64,000 bases of DNA from Candidatus Eiseniibacteriota bacterium. GTDB lineage: Bacteria; Eisenbacteria; RBG-16-71-46; CAIMUX01; VGJL01. Below the pieces are notes generated by a model. That model saw nothing but the letters and a program-made list of their open reading frames with translations. It ran no database searches and was not told where the DNA came from. This document shows, one piece after another, positions 1 through 13,471 of the stretch; within the stretch, counting starts at the first letter, position 1, and every line of letters starts with the position of its first letter. The position numbers and the translations under genes are program-made. The stretch is taken from contig CAWBWI010000001.1 of the NCBI GenBank assembly GCA_963792585.1, positions 352,001 through 416,000 of the forward strand, written 5' to 3'.

Positions 1-851
1 GCCGGCGCCCATGTATGTCTCTCGGCCTCGTTCCCCGCGGCATTGACCCACAAGACGCCCCGCCGGGCCGCGTCGTCCGCGATCTCGTCGATCGGGCCCG
101 TGCCGTCCAGGCCGCCGAAATACCATCCGATCGAGTGGCTGATCACCGAGACCTTCTCCTTCACCAGCCAGTCCACGGCGGAGCGGAGATCGAGCGGGGA
201 TTCGGCGTTGACGAGATAGAGCTGCGCGCCGGGCGCGATGTCGGAGACGATCTCCGCGCACGCGGTGCCGTGATCCTCATTCTCCCCGATGATGTCTCCT
301 TCCCCGGACGGGCTGCGGAAGAACGATCGTGCGTGCACCTGCGCGGGGAGTTCGCTGCCGAGGAGGGTTTGGTATCCCTTGAATCCGAGATCCACGACGG
401 CGACGCGGGCTCCTTCCCCCGCGTAGCCCTGGGCGCGGAATGCGGGCACCCGGATCGACGGGAGTCCTTCGGACTGGACGGTCCGGACCCCGCGAGGCGG
501 TCGCAGGAGGTAGGAAACGCCGGGAATCGCAGCGATCCGTTCCAGATCTTGCCAGGGGGCGACGAGCTGCCCGAATGCATCCGCGTCCGTCTCCCAGACC
601 GACGAGGGACTCGCCTGGAGGATGGCGGCTCGAAGCTCGTCCCAGGATGCGTCTGGGTCCTTCTGGACCCAGATGCGTGCCCGGCCGCGCGCCGCTTCTC
701 CCTCGTCCCAGACGAAAAGGGGAGAGATGCGCGCCGGCGCTTTCGGTGCGCCGGCAACAGGGAGACGCGCAAGGAATGGTTCGATGCCGCCGGCCCCGAC
801 GTGCCCGACGCTCAGAGTGCCGAGCAGCAGGACCAGCCCGATCCGCCTCAA
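1..851 (-). CDS. S8 (subtilisin-like) serine peptidase, secreted; runs off the left edge of the window
   Basis: Not in the ORF track (no stop in window). Manual translation from TTG at 851, overlapping the upstream stop (TTGA), gives signal peptide LRRIGLVLLLGTLSVGHVGAG, catalytic Asp VAVVDLGF, His DHGTACAEIV and oxyanion VNAAGNEA. Confidence 0.85.
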   Translation of the reverse strand, partial: MRRIGLVLLLGTLSVGHVGAGGIEPFLARLPVAGAPKAPARISPLFVWDEGEAARGRARIWVQKDPDASWDELRAAILQASPSSVWETDADAFGQLVAPWQDLERIAAIPGVSYLLRPPRGVRTVQSEGLPSIRVPAFRAQGYAGEGARVAVVDLGFKGYQTLLGSELPAQVHARSFFRSPSGEGDIIGENEDHGTACAEIVSDIAPGAQLYLVNAESPLDLRSAVDWLVKEKVSVISHSIGWYFGGLDGTGPIDEIADDAARRGVLWVNAAGNEAERHTWAP

Positions 852-1471
852 GGCAACCTCCAGGCAATGCGGACCCCGTAGGCGCCGCCGTTCGCACGGG
901 ACGCTCCGTGGGGGGAGTAGGTCGAGCCCAAGCTGCTCTGCATGCGGCGGATGGGGATCAAGCTCAGGTATCCTTCGACCCGCGCGCGCGGGAATGCTTT
1001 CCGATCCACGCCCGCAACCAGGATGCCGCCCGGGTGAAAGCCTCCCTCCGGCCGGTTCTCGCGGTCCTCCCCGTCCATGCGGTAGCGGAAACTCTCGCGA
1101 AGCCAGAGCAGCTCGAATCCCGCGCCCGCGTAGGGGGACCAGAGGGCGGAGCCCTTCAGCGGGAACCGGACCATGAGGTCGAGCGGCACCCCCGTGAGGG
1201 TCCCTTTCGCTCTCTCCATGAAGAACGGCGCGTCGAGCGCCGCCGAAGAACGATGGAACCCTCCTTCCAAAGACAGAAGCGTCGACCACCCGCGGACTTC
1301 GATTCCCGCGTGGACGGCCACGCCATCCCCGTAGCGCTCCGCGACCGCTCCCAAGGCCGGACGATGATAGCCGACGGCGATGGAGTAGGAGGGCGCCGCG
1401 GCGGCTGCGGCGCTCGCCGTGCAGAGACCGAGCAAGGCTACGGCGCAATGGAACAGGGAAGATCTTCTCAA
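848..1471 (-). CDS. Small outer-membrane beta-barrel protein
   Basis: Part of ORF 848..1627. Likely TTG start at 1471 after GGAGG; signal peptide; alternating beta-strand pattern (SPYAGAGFEL) and C-terminal GVRIAWRLP. Confidence 0.6.
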   Translation of the reverse strand: MRRSSLFHCAVALLGLCTASAAAAAAPSYSIAVGYHRPALGAVAERYGDGVAVHAGIEVRGWSTLLSLEGGFHRSSAALDAPFFMERAKGTLTGVPLDLMVRFPLKGSALWSPYAGAGFELLWLRESFRYRMDGEDRENRPEGGFHPGGILVAGVDRKAFPRARVEGYLSLIPIRRMQSSLGSTYSPHGASRANGGAYGVRIAWRLP

Positions 1472-2002
1472 CCTGACCTCCAGCCCAAGGATTCCACTGC
1501 GGATCGTACAGCAAGGCTCCGGGGCAGCCTCAAGGATTGGATGGTCGAAGGGGGACGGTATCGAAAATTCGATGGCGCGCCCGCGGACTCCTCGCGCGCG
1601 CAAGGGGCCGCGATGCCGCTCCTCCATTCGCGGGCCGTCGGTTAGCCGATTGATATCGATTCTTCAGCGACTGGTACGTTCCGTGCATGTTATGGAGGAC
1701 GTTCGCCATCGGCGGACCGAGGATTTTCGGGCGGGCGGATCGACTGAAGGATGGCTCCTGTAGCGCTGCCACCGATTGCAAAGGTCAGAAAGACCCGGCA
1801 GCCATGGAACCCCAGCCGGTCGATCCCCCCGCCAACCATTCGAAGGACATTGGGGGCTCCTCATGCCCGGCAACCTGCGCCCCCCTTGTCCACCCCTCCT
1901 CTGACCGGTAGGATCGACCTCAGGACTGGGCCGGGCACGGCCGCGGACACGGACTTCGCGGTGTTCGGCCCCGACGACCGATCACTTAAGGAGGAACCTA
2001 CG

Positions 2003-2881
2003 TTGATCGCACGCAACATGCTGCGGCATGGCAGCTCCGTCGTTTTCCCCGCCCTGGCGCTCATCGCTCTGATGGGGCTTGCCGGCTGCGGGGACGACAG
2101 CTCCACGAACCCGCCCCCGGACTTCGCGGCGCCGACCAACGTCCGGGTGGCTAACGGCGACCAGAACATCACGATTCGTTGGGACGCGAGCACGAACGAA
2201 TCGGATTCCGACTTCAAGCGGTACAACATCTATCGCGGGACCTCGTCGCTGATCGGGGTGAGCGAGGATCAGCTTGATCAACTCGGCTACAAGGTCGGCA
2301 CGGCGACGTCGGCGGACCGTAGCTTCACGACGACGGTCGCCAACGGAACGCTCTACTACTTCCACGTTCGCGGGGAGAAGAACGATGGGACCCTGAGCCA
2401 TCCCAGCGATGAGAAGAGGGGCGCCGGCCGGCTGGAGGGCGAGGGGAAGATCATCTTCGAGTTCGCCTCGACCGGCGACAGCGGTTTCGACTTCTCCGAA
2501 GGCAGCGTGGTCGCGCTCATCGAGACGAACCCCGACCGGTTCGATCTGACCGACATCTATCTCGGGACGAGCGACGCCAACGACGATCCGGGAAGCCCTC
2601 TCTCGCTGAAGAGTCCCGAGCTGCTCGAGCGCCTGAACGGCGGGTGGAGCGGCAAGGCCGCCGGCCTGAAGTTCCTGGGGACTGACTGGTCGGCGAACAC
2701 AACGACAGCGGAGGGATTCGACGATCAAGTCGGCCTGCTCACGGACGCAATCTACGTGATCAAGACGCCGCTCTCCAACTACGTGAAGCTGCAGGTCACC
2801 TCGATCGACGGTACCGCCGGCACGCGCAGCATCACGTTCCGCTATGCATTCCAGCCGACCCCGAACCTGATTCAGTTCTAG
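2003..2881 (+). CDS. Lipoprotein with FN3 domain and HmuY-like C-terminal region
   Basis: AAGGAGG upstream of TTG 2003; lipobox GLAGC; FN3 pattern (APTNV..ITIRW..YNIYRG..YYFHVR); C-terminal YVIKT..YVKLQV..ITFRY. Confidence 0.65.
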   Translation: MIARNMLRHGSSVVFPALALIALMGLAGCGDDSSTNPPPDFAAPTNVRVANGDQNITIRWDASTNESDSDFKRYNIYRGTSSLIGVSEDQLDQLGYKVGTATSADRSFTTTVANGTLYYFHVRGEKNDGTLSHPSDEKRGAGRLEGEGKIIFEFASTGDSGFDFSEGSVVALIETNPDRFDLTDIYLGTSDANDDPGSPLSLKSPELLERLNGGWSGKAAGLKFLGTDWSANTTTAEGFDDQVGLLTDAIYVIKTPLSNYVKLQVTSIDGTAGTRSITFRYAFQPTPNLIQF

Positions 2882-2900
2882 TTCGGACCACACGGAAATC

Positions 2901-2930
2901 GCCCGGAGGAAGCGGCTGCTTCCTCCGGGC
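2901..2930. terminator. Probable bidirectional intrinsic terminator between convergent genes
   Basis: Perfect 13-bp stem GCCCGGAGGAAGC/GCTTCCTCCGGGC with 4-nt loop, just after the stop at 2881. Confidence 0.7.
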
Positions 2931-2987
2931 GTTTCGCACCCGTCGCGGCGGGGCGCATCGCCCAGCTTCGCGAACGCCTCGAGGGAA

Positions 2988-4241
<1,254 letters not shown>

Positions 4242-4264
4242 CTCTCCTCCTCCTCCCGTGCTGT

Positions 4265-5443
4265 CTACCGGAACGCGTCCAGTCCTGTGATTGCGGATCC
4301 CACGATCAGCGTGTGGATGTCGTGGGTGCCCTCGTACGTGGAGACCGACTCCAGATTACACATATGGCGGCCGGGGCAGTATTCGTCGGTGATCCCGCTC
4401 GCGCCAAGGAGATCGCGCGCCGCCCGCGCGGTCTCGAGAGCCATGCGGACGTTGTCGCGCTTGGCGAGCGAGACCTGGTCGAACCGCGCCCGCCCCTCCT
4501 CCTTCAACCGTCCGAGGCGCAGCGCAAGAAGCTGCGCCTTGCTGATCGCCCCCACCATTTCGACGAGCTTCTGCTGGACGAGCTGATGGCCGGCGATCGG
4601 TCCGTCGAATTGCACGCGTGTCTTCGCATAGCGCAGGGCGTCGTGGAAACAGGCCTGCGCGGCGCCGATCGCGCCCCAAGCGATCCCGTATCTCGCCTGG
4701 GTCAGGCAGGAGAGGGCGCTCTTGAGGCCGATCGCTCCCGGAAGAATCGACTCGCCCGGGATCCGGCAGCGATCGAAGACGAGCTCGGAGGTGACCGACG
4801 CACGCAAGCTCCACTTGTGCTTGATCTCCTGTGCCGTGAATCCGGGCGTCCCGGCCTCGATCAGGAATCCCCTCACCCCGTCGTCGGTCTTGGCGAATAC
4901 GACGGCGACGTCGGCGATCGAGCCGTTGGTGATCCACATCTTCGACCCCGAGACGATCCAGTCGGCGCCATCCGGCCGGGCAAAGGTCCGCATCCCGCCG
5001 GGGTTCGATCCGGCATCGGCCTCGGTGAGGCCGAAGCAGCCGATCTTGCGACCCGCGCGGAGTTCGGGGAGCCAGCGTTGCTTCTGCGCCTCGCTGCCAT
5101 ACGTGTGGATCGGGTACATCACCAGGGAGCCCTGAACCGAGGAGAAACTCCGCAGACCGGAGTCTCCCCGCTCGAGCTCCTGCTGGATCAGGCCGTAGGC
5201 GACCGGCCCAAGCTCGGGGCTGTCCGGTCCGGGGATCTGGGGGCCCAGCATGCCCATGGCCCCCATCTCGGGAATTCGATCGAGGGGGAATCGGCCCTCC
5301 CGGAACCACCCCGCGATTCCCGGCAGGAACCGCTCATCGACCCAGGACCGAACGGCGTCGCGGACCATCCGCTCGTCTTCCGTGAGCAGATCGTCGAGGC
5401 CGAGAAAATCGAGTCCCTGGTATTCGCCGGACATGGCCCCCAT
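4265..5443 (-). CDS. Acyl-CoA dehydrogenase, glutaryl-CoA dehydrogenase-like
   Basis: [32 protein letters not shown] and TYEGTHDIH motifs. Confidence 0.9.
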   Translation of the reverse strand: MGAMSGEYQGLDFLGLDDLLTEDERMVRDAVRSWVDERFLPGIAGWFREGRFPLDRIPEMGAMGMLGPQIPGPDSPELGPVAYGLIQQELERGDSGLRSFSSVQGSLVMYPIHTYGSEAQKQRWLPELRAGRKIGCFGLTEADAGSNPGGMRTFARPDGADWIVSGSKMWITNGSIADVAVVFAKTDDGVRGFLIEAGTPGFTAQEIKHKWSLRASVTSELVFDRCRIPGESILPGAIGLKSALSCLTQARYGIAWGAIGAAQACFHDALRYAKTRVQFDGPIAGHQLVQQKLVEMVGAISKAQLLALRLGRLKEEGRARFDQVSLAKRDNVRMALETARAARDLLGASGITDEYCPGRHMCNLESVSTYEGTHDIHTLIVGSAITGLDAFR

Positions 5444-5489
5444 GGTGACGGAAATCGCCGTCTTGCGGAAGGGGGCAACCGGGGCCCGA

Positions 5490-6806
5490 TTACCGGGTGA
5501 AGGTGGTCACCGTCTGCATTTCCCTCAGGGCCACGCTTCCCGAGAACGTGCGAGCGACTCCGTCGACGACGGTGCGGACGCGGAACGGGACGGTGCCGGA
5601 GTCGTTGGCGCTGCAAAAGCCCCAGAGGCGCACCTTCACGGTGTAGGTCCCCGACGGAGCTCCCGAGTTCGGCCAGAAGATATTCTCCGGGTCGCGGCTC
5701 CCCGGGTTGTTGCATGTCCGATCGCGATCGAGCTTCCCGCCGGTTGCGGAGACCGAATGGCCGAAGTAGACCTCCTCGGCGGACGGTTCGACGACATGCA
5801 GGTCGAGATCGACCGACTGATCCCACGTCAGGGTGATCTGGACCGCGCCGGTACCGAACGCGAGATCCGGTTGCCCCTCGCAGGGCGCCTGCATGGGTGA
5901 CGTCTTGAGCTGCGGCTGCACCCAGGCCGAGGGATTCAGGACCATCTCGACCGGCGGCTCTGTTCCCGGGATCCACGGCTCATCGACTTGATACGACTCG
6001 GTCTCGATCCAACCGTCGGGCGCGGTCGGCAAGAGGCTCGGAACGGGTGTATAGCGCGTGAGCTCGAAGTCGAACCGGCCCTGCGGGAGGATCAGGTTGC
6101 AGTGATCCAAGACCCCCGAGACGCCGCCGTTGTGCCCGGCTTCCGTGAGGATCGCGCCCACGGCCTCGGGATCGAAATTCGTGTCGACGAGCGGGTACTT
6201 CAGTTCGTATTCCTTGAGACAGATCGAGACTGCGCGGGTCCCATCCACGTTGCGAACCCGAATCGCCCCGCACGCCGTCGGGTTCACCGACGTCGCGGTT
6301 GGAAGCAGGAGGCCCCAGACGGAAAGGTGGAGCACGTCGGCGCTCACGCGTCCCGGGTCGGCGGGGTCGTTCGACGTCGTGACCGTGCGCCATGTGTGCG
6401 TCTCCGGCTCGAAACGGGCGAGCAGATAGGGCGCGTTGGTTTCCGGCGCCGGCATCGAAACGCGGCAGCGGCCCGCGAAGTGGATCCCCTCCGGCCCGAG
6501 TTGCCAAGGTCGGCCGATGAGGGCGTAGCCTTCAGGCGCCGTGGCGGAAGCCGAGGAGGGCTCGATGCTGAAGACGAGGGTGCCCGGGTTCCCCTGGGTA
6601 TCCGTCGGAACCGTCGTGGGGAGGACCGCGATCTGGATGCCCTGGTCGTTTCGGACGACAGCCTCCTGGCCCGTCTGGACGGCCCGACTCGCGCTGGAGG
6701 CGTCGCCCGGGCTCGGGGTCGTCGGGAGCTGCTTCCGGTCCGGACTGCAGCCGGAGAGAAGGCCGGCGAGGAGGATCGCCGGTAGGGCCAGGCATCGGAA
6801 CTTCAT
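5490..6806 (-). CDS. Lipoprotein with C-terminal YfaP/DUF2135-like domain
   Basis: Likely ATG 6806 (MKFRCLALPAILLAGLLSGC, lipobox); ITLTWDQSVDLDLHVVEP..GGKLDRD..PENIFW..GTYTVKV. Confidence 0.7.
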   Translation of the reverse strand: MKFRCLALPAILLAGLLSGCSPDRKQLPTTPSPGDASSASRAVQTGQEAVVRNDQGIQIAVLPTTVPTDTQGNPGTLVFSIEPSSASATAPEGYALIGRPWQLGPEGIHFAGRCRVSMPAPETNAPYLLARFEPETHTWRTVTTSNDPADPGRVSADVLHLSVWGLLLPTATSVNPTACGAIRVRNVDGTRAVSICLKEYELKYPLVDTNFDPEAVGAILTEAGHNGGVSGVLDHCNLILPQGRFDFELTRYTPVPSLLPTAPDGWIETESYQVDEPWIPGTEPPVEMVLNPSAWVQPQLKTSPMQAPCEGQPDLAFGTGAVQITLTWDQSVDLDLHVVEPSAEEVYFGHSVSATGGKLDRDRTCNNPGSRDPENIFWPNSGAPSGTYTVKVRLWGFCSANDSGTVPFRVRTVVDGVARTFSGSVALREMQTVTTFTR

Positions 6807-6909
6807 GGGGGCCGCCTTTCTGAACGGAGGGTCCACGGTCGGATTCCAGGCCGGGCCTGGGGAACGACGCAGATGAATTATCGGCCGTGCCGGGGCCGGT
6901 GATGACTGA

Positions 6910-6939
6910 TTGACAGGTAGCGGTCGGGGCGGCTAACCT
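6910..6939 (+). promoter_or_regulatory. Sigma70-type promoter upstream of rpsU
   Basis: TTGACA (6910-6915), 18-nt spacer, TAACCT (6934-6939). Confidence 0.6.
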
Positions 6940-7026
6940 TCCCAAAAGTTCACACTTGGGTCGATCGAACGGCCGCGAGACCGTTCTTTTCTTTGGATTC
7001 TTCCAGAGTGAGGGGGTGGGTCTAAG

Positions 7027-7218
7027 TTGCCAGGGATTCGCGTTAAGGATGGCGAGTCCTTCGAGAGTGCGCTCCGACGCTTCAAGAAGAAGTGCGAAAA
7101 GGCAGGCATCCTCGCCGATGTCCGCAAACACCAGCACTTCGAGAAACCAAGCGAGAAGCGCAAGCGGAAGGAGAACGCCGCAAGGCGTAAGGCTACGTCG
7201 TCCAAGGGCTCTCGTTAG
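7027..7218 (+). CDS. rpsU: 30S ribosomal protein bS21
   Basis: [40 protein letters not shown]. Confidence 0.97.
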   Translation: MPGIRVKDGESFESALRRFKKKCEKAGILADVRKHQHFEKPSEKRKRKENAARRKATSSKGSR

Positions 7219-7230
7219 CTCCCGCATCGA

Positions 7231-7257
7231 GGCCGGCCCGGTGAGCCCGGGCCGGCC
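7231..7257 (+). terminator. GC-rich hairpin between rpsU and mutS2 (attenuator/processing candidate)
   Basis: 11-bp stem GGCCGGCCCGG/CCGGGCCGGCC with 5-nt loop; weak U-tract. Confidence 0.45.
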
Positions 7258-7263
7258 GATCTT

Positions 7264-9672
7264 GTGAACGAACACGTCCTCGAACTGATCGAGTTTCCCA
7301 AGGTCTGCCAACTGGTGGCAAGCCGTGCGTCCTCTGCGCGCGGCAAACGCACCGCCATGCTCCTGCGGCCGATGACGGATCGCGCCGTCATCCATGCCGC
7401 TCTCGACGCGGTCCGTCAAATGCGTCAGCTTCAGATCGCCGGACACGACGCCGGTGCGATCGACGTGGGCGATATCGATTCGATCCTCGCCCGGCTCGGG
7501 ATCGAAGGAGATCTGCTCCAACCCGACGAGCTGATCGAACTGAAGGGGTTTCTCGCGATCAGCACGCGCGTGCGCCGGTCGCTGGGACGTCCCGAGTTCG
7601 CCGTATCGTACCCCGCGCCCTATGCGCTGGCCGTTCGCTTCGGTGACTTCCACTCTCTGGTGGGCCGTCTCGACGAGGTCTTCGAGCCCTCGGGCGAGTT
7701 CCTCGACACGGCGAGCCCCGGTCTCCAGCGGATTCGTCGGAATCTGCGCAACGCGCGGGTCGAGACCGGCGAGGCGCTCGCCGGCCTTGCCCGCCGCGTG
7801 AGCGCGAAACCGGAGGAGACCTTCGTCACGCTCCGCGAGGGGCGCTATGTGCTGGCGGTCCACGGCGGCGACCGTGCCCGCGTCCAGGGGATCGTCCACG
7901 GGCACTCGGGCTCGGGCCAGACGGTCTTCCTCGAACCGATGCAGGCGATCGAGCGCAACAACGCCATTGCCGAGATGGAGTCCGCGGAGCGGGAGGAGCG
8001 GATCGAGATCCTGCGCGAGCTCAGCCGGAGGATTCGAGAAGTCGCGCCCGTGATCGAGGAGAGCTACGCGCTCTCGACCGAACTCGATCTGCTCCGCGCG
8101 CGGGCCCTGCTGGCCGGGGATCTGCGCGCAGGCGTGCCGGCGCTCAACGACGGGGAAAAGTTGCGTCTCGTCGGCGCCCGCCATCCGCTTCTCGCCGAGG
8201 GGGAATCCCGCGGCGGCGCGCGCGTGGTTCCGCTCGATCTCGAACTCTCCGGGACCGCTCGCACCCTCGTCCTCTCGGGTCCGAACATGGGGGGCAAGAC
8301 CGTCGCGATGAAGACGGTCGGACTCACCGTGGCGATGGCACAGGCCGGGTTGCTCGTTCCAGCGGGGGACGGCACAGACCTGCCGGTCGTCGACGGGATC
8401 TTCGCGGACCTCGGCGACGAGCAGTCGATCGAGCAGGAGACGAGCACCTTCGGTGGGCACCTCCGGAACATCGCCCTCGCGTGGGAAGGAGCGACGGAGC
8501 GCTCCCTGGTGCTCCTTGACGAACTCGGCGGCGGAACCGATCCGGACGAAGGGACCGCGCTCGGGAGGGCCGTCCTCGAGCTGCTGACCGACCGGGGCGG
8601 GTTCCTTCTGGCGACGACGCATCTCTCGGGGCTCAAGATCGTCGCGCACGAGCATCGTCGGATGACGAACGCCGCGATGGAGTTCGATCCCGACACGCAG
8701 CAGCCGACCTACCGCCTCCGGCCCGGGGCGCCGGGTCGTTCGCGGGCATTTGAACTGGCCCGGAGGATGCTGCCCTCCGGCGATCTCCTGGAGCGGGCGG
8801 AGGGATACCGATCGCGGATGACCGCGGAACTGGACGAGCTGCTCGGAGATCTGGAGAAAAGGCGCGCGGAGCTCGATGAGGAACTCGCGCGCGCGCGCGA
8901 CCACGAGGAAGTTCTTCGCCGGGCGACGGAACGGCGCGATGCGCAAACGGAGAAGCTCCGGCAACGACTCCAGGCGATCCGTGAGGCGCGATGGGAGAGC
9001 GCGGGGGCGACGCTTCGGGAGGCGGAGAACCTGCTGGCCGAGGCCCGCCGGATCCGTTCCGGCCTCGATCGGGCGGAGCGCTCGCGCACGAAAGAGGAGG
9101 CCGAAGCGCTCAAGGAGGTCGAGGACTCGGTCGCGAGCGCCCGCGCGCACTCCCGCGCGCCGCGCGATCCGCGTCTATCGCCGCTACGGGCCTCGGATGC
9201 GCGGCCCGGGACACACGCGTTCAGCAGGGACCTGAAGTCGCTCGTGCGCATCGAGTCGGAGCCCGACGCTGCGGAGAAGGTCTGGATCAGCCACGGGTCG
9301 CTCCGATTCCATGTTCCGGTCGGATCGCTGGCCCATCCGGTCGAAGGACAGCCCGTCGGGCCGACGCGACCCCGTCGGGACACCGTTCGTGGACCCGCCG
9401 AACCGGCTTCGGTCGAACGCGAGATCGACGTGCGGGGACTCTCCGCGGAGGAAGGGGTCGAGCGGGTCGAGCGGTACGTCGATCGTGCCTCGATCGCCGG
9501 GGTCCCGGAGGTGCGGATCATCCACGGCAAGGGGACCGGAATCCTGAAGCGCGCGATCGAGGAGTTCCTGGGAGACTCGACATTGGTCGAGACCTTCCGC
9601 ATCGGCGAGCCGCGCGAGGGCGGTTGGGGCGCTACGATCGTGCGGCTCCGCTCCGCCCAGGTCGGGGACTGA
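7264..9672 (+). CDS. mutS2: Endonuclease MutS2
   Basis: SGSGQTVFLEP, Walker A SGPNMGGKT, LLDELGGGTDPDEG, PGRSRAF; C-terminal Smr domain (IDVRG..IIHGKGTG..EGGWGAT). Confidence 0.93.
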   Translation: MNEHVLELIEFPKVCQLVASRASSARGKRTAMLLRPMTDRAVIHAALDAVRQMRQLQIAGHDAGAIDVGDIDSILARLGIEGDLLQPDELIELKGFLAISTRVRRSLGRPEFAVSYPAPYALAVRFGDFHSLVGRLDEVFEPSGEFLDTASPGLQRIRRNLRNARVETGEALAGLARRVSAKPEETFVTLREGRYVLAVHGGDRARVQGIVHGHSGSGQTVFLEPMQAIERNNAIAEMESAEREERIEILRELSRRIREVAPVIEESYALSTELDLLRARALLAGDLRAGVPALNDGEKLRLVGARHPLLAEGESRGGARVVPLDLELSGTARTLVLSGPNMGGKTVAMKTVGLTVAMAQAGLLVPAGDGTDLPVVDGIFADLGDEQSIEQETSTFGGHLRNIALAWEGATERSLVLLDELGGGTDPDEGTALGRAVLELLTDRGGFLLATTHLSGLKIVAHEHRRMTNAAMEFDPDTQQPTYRLRPGAPGRSRAFELARRMLPSGDLLERAEGYRSRMTAELDELLGDLEKRRAELDEELARARDHEEVLRRATERRDAQTEKLRQRLQAIREARWESAGATLREAENLLAEARRIRSGLDRAERSRTKEEAEALKEVEDSVASARAHSRAPRDPRLSPLRASDARPGTHAFSRDLKSLVRIESEPDAAEKVWISHGSLRFHVPVGSLAHPVEGQPVGPTRPRRDTVRGPAEPASVEREIDVRGLSAEEGVERVERYVDRASIAGVPEVRIIHGKGTGILKRAIEEFLGDSTLVETFRIGEPREGGWGATIVRLRSAQVGD

Positions 9673-9675
9673 TCG

Positions 9676-11427
9676 ATGGGCCTTCGGGGAAGCGACCCGT
9701 TCGTCGAACAGGTCCGTCTGGCCACCGACATCGTCGGCACGATCTCTTCCTATATCGAGCTCAAGAGGGCAGGAAAGCGCTGGAAGGGGCTCTGTCCATT
9801 CCACACGGAGAAGAGCCCTTCGTTTTTCGTCCACGAGGAGAACCAGACCTTCTACTGCTTCGGCTGCCACCAGGGCGGCGACGTCTTCCAGTTCGTGATG
9901 CTCCAGGAGAAGCTGACGTTCCCCGAGGCACTGCGCATGCTCGCCGAGAAGGCGGGCATCCCGATCCCCCGCGCGAGCGCGCGGGGGCAGTCGGAGGATC
10001 GGATCGGGGAGGCCCTCGACGTCGCTTCGGAGTTCTTCCGAAGCTCTCTCGGCGCGCCCGAGGGAAGGGCCGCGCGGGACTACTTGGCGGCGCGGGGAAT
10101 CGATGGAGCGCAGATCGCCCGCTTCGGGATCGGCTGGGCTCCGGCTTCCTGGGATGCCCTTCTGCGCCATGCGCGACGGTTGCTTCCCGAACGGCCCCTG
10201 CTCCAGGCCGGCCTGGTGGTGGAGGGGGAGCGGGGTCTCTACGACCGCTTTCGCGAGCGGGTCATCATCCCGATCCGCACGGCGGGGGGGCGCACCGTTG
10301 GGTTCGGCGGTCGGCTCCTGGGACCGGGGGAACCGAAGTATCTGAACTCGCCCGAGACGCCACTCTACAAGAAGGGAACCGTTCTCTTCGGCCTCCCCGA
10401 GGCGCGGGAGGGGATCCGTCAGGCGGGCAACGTGCTGGTCGTGGAGGGCTATTTCGATGTCATCGCCCTTCACGCCGGCGGGATCGACTGGGCCGTCGGG
10501 ACCTGCGGAACCGCCCTGACGCCGGAGCAGGCCGGTCTCCTCCGGCGTTACAGCGAGCGATGGACACTCCTATTCGACGGGGACGCGGCCGGTCGCGCGG
10601 CGGTCCTGCGAGCCCTCGACGCCGTTCTCGGCGTCCATCCGGGGGTGAGAATCGCGATATGCCCGCAGGGGGTCGACCCAGACAGCTGGATTCGGCGCGA
10701 CGGCGCCGCGGCCGTCCGCGAAGGCTGTGAGCGCGCCCTCACGCCACTGCAATACCTGGAGGGCTGGGCGCGGGAGGAGGGGCTCACGATCGAGGAGACC
10801 CTGCCGCGGGTGGCCGAGATGCTGCGCAAGGTCACCGATCCGCTGATCCGGGACCGTTGGGTTCAAGAGGCCGCGGGCCGGTTCCATCTGGCGGAGCGCC
10901 GGGTCTGGGAAGCCGTGGGCACCCCGGTGCCCGCCGCGCGGATCCCGGGAGTCGAGCGGGCACCGTTCCGTCTCGCTGCCAGGGAACGGCAAATCGTCGC
11001 CGCCGCCGTCCAGCATCCCGGTTTGGCCGCGGACCTGCTCGATGCGTGTGCCGGGGTGCCCGGAATCGGGGATATCTGCCTGGAGATCCTGGCCTGGATC
11101 GATGCCCGGAGTCAGGCGGGAGTGCAGGATCCCGCCGAGCTTCTCTCTCTGGCCACCGAGGAGCCGAACCTAATGCGGGATTTTGCGTTCTTGCACGAGG
11201 AGGGAGGAAGCGCCGAGTCGGAAGAAGGGGGGCTCCTGCCGGAAGATCTGATCCGCCGGCTGCGGACCCTTGGGCTGCAACACCGGATGCGGGATCTGAC
11301 CGATCGGATCCGACACGTGGAGGAGCAGGGGGTCGACGTTTCCCCCCTCCTGGGCGAGAAACAACGGCTGGCCGCCGAATTGCGGGCCCTCCAGCCAGGG
11401 GGGGCGACAGGCGATGGAAACTTCTAA
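9676..11427 (+). CDS. dnaG: DNA primase
   Basis: CHC2 zinc finger CPFH..CFGC, GFGGR, KYLNSPET, Toprim VEGYFDV and FDGDAAG. Confidence 0.95.
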   Translation: MGLRGSDPFVEQVRLATDIVGTISSYIELKRAGKRWKGLCPFHTEKSPSFFVHEENQTFYCFGCHQGGDVFQFVMLQEKLTFPEALRMLAEKAGIPIPRASARGQSEDRIGEALDVASEFFRSSLGAPEGRAARDYLAARGIDGAQIARFGIGWAPASWDALLRHARRLLPERPLLQAGLVVEGERGLYDRFRERVIIPIRTAGGRTVGFGGRLLGPGEPKYLNSPETPLYKKGTVLFGLPEAREGIRQAGNVLVVEGYFDVIALHAGGIDWAVGTCGTALTPEQAGLLRRYSERWTLLFDGDAAGRAAVLRALDAVLGVHPGVRIAICPQGVDPDSWIRRDGAAAVREGCERALTPLQYLEGWAREEGLTIEETLPRVAEMLRKVTDPLIRDRWVQEAAGRFHLAERRVWEAVGTPVPAARIPGVERAPFRLAARERQIVAAAVQHPGLAADLLDACAGVPGIGDICLEILAWIDARSQAGVQDPAELLSLATEEPNLMRDFAFLHEEGGSAESEEGGLLPEDLIRRLRTLGLQHRMRDLTDRIRHVEEQGVDVSPLLGEKQRLAAELRALQPGGATGDGNF

Positions 11428-11487
11428 TGGACAGTGGGGTAACTTGCTGGCAAAATCAAGGATTGCGTCAGAAAGGAGTACTCCAGC

Positions 11488-13337
<1,850 letters not shown>

Positions 13338-13370
13338 GACCTGCGGATCTCGGGAGCCCCGATCGGATGA

Positions 13371-13443
13371 GGGCCCATAGCTCAGGGGTTAGAGCAGCCG
13401 GCTCATAACCGGTCGGTCCTTGGTTCGAATCCAAGTGGGCCCA
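13371..13443 (+). tRNA. tRNA with CAT anticodon, most likely tRNA-Ile2 (lysidine-modified)
   Basis: GGGCCCA/TGGGCCC acceptor stem, anticodon loop CTCATAA, GGTTCGAATCC T-arm; resembles ileX-type tRNAs rather than initiator tRNA; CCA not encoded. Confidence 0.88.
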
Positions 13444-13471
13444 AAGGCGTCGGACAGAGGTGTTGGAACTA

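Noticed and set aside
15..881. 288-aa plus-strand ORF
   Set aside because: It is antisense to a clear S8 peptidase frame on the minus strand.
1760..1885. c-di-GMP-I or cobalamin riboswitch-like fragments (CCAACCATTCGAAGG; GCCCGGCAACCTGC)
   Set aside because: The core conserved elements (GACGCAAAG; the GGGAA B12 box) are missing.
6532..9150. Long antisense ORFs (e.g. 872 aa here, 1034 aa at 42565-45669, 744 aa at 28526-30760)
   Set aside because: They are shadows of clear genes on the opposite strand, expected at high GC, and carry no recognisable motifs.
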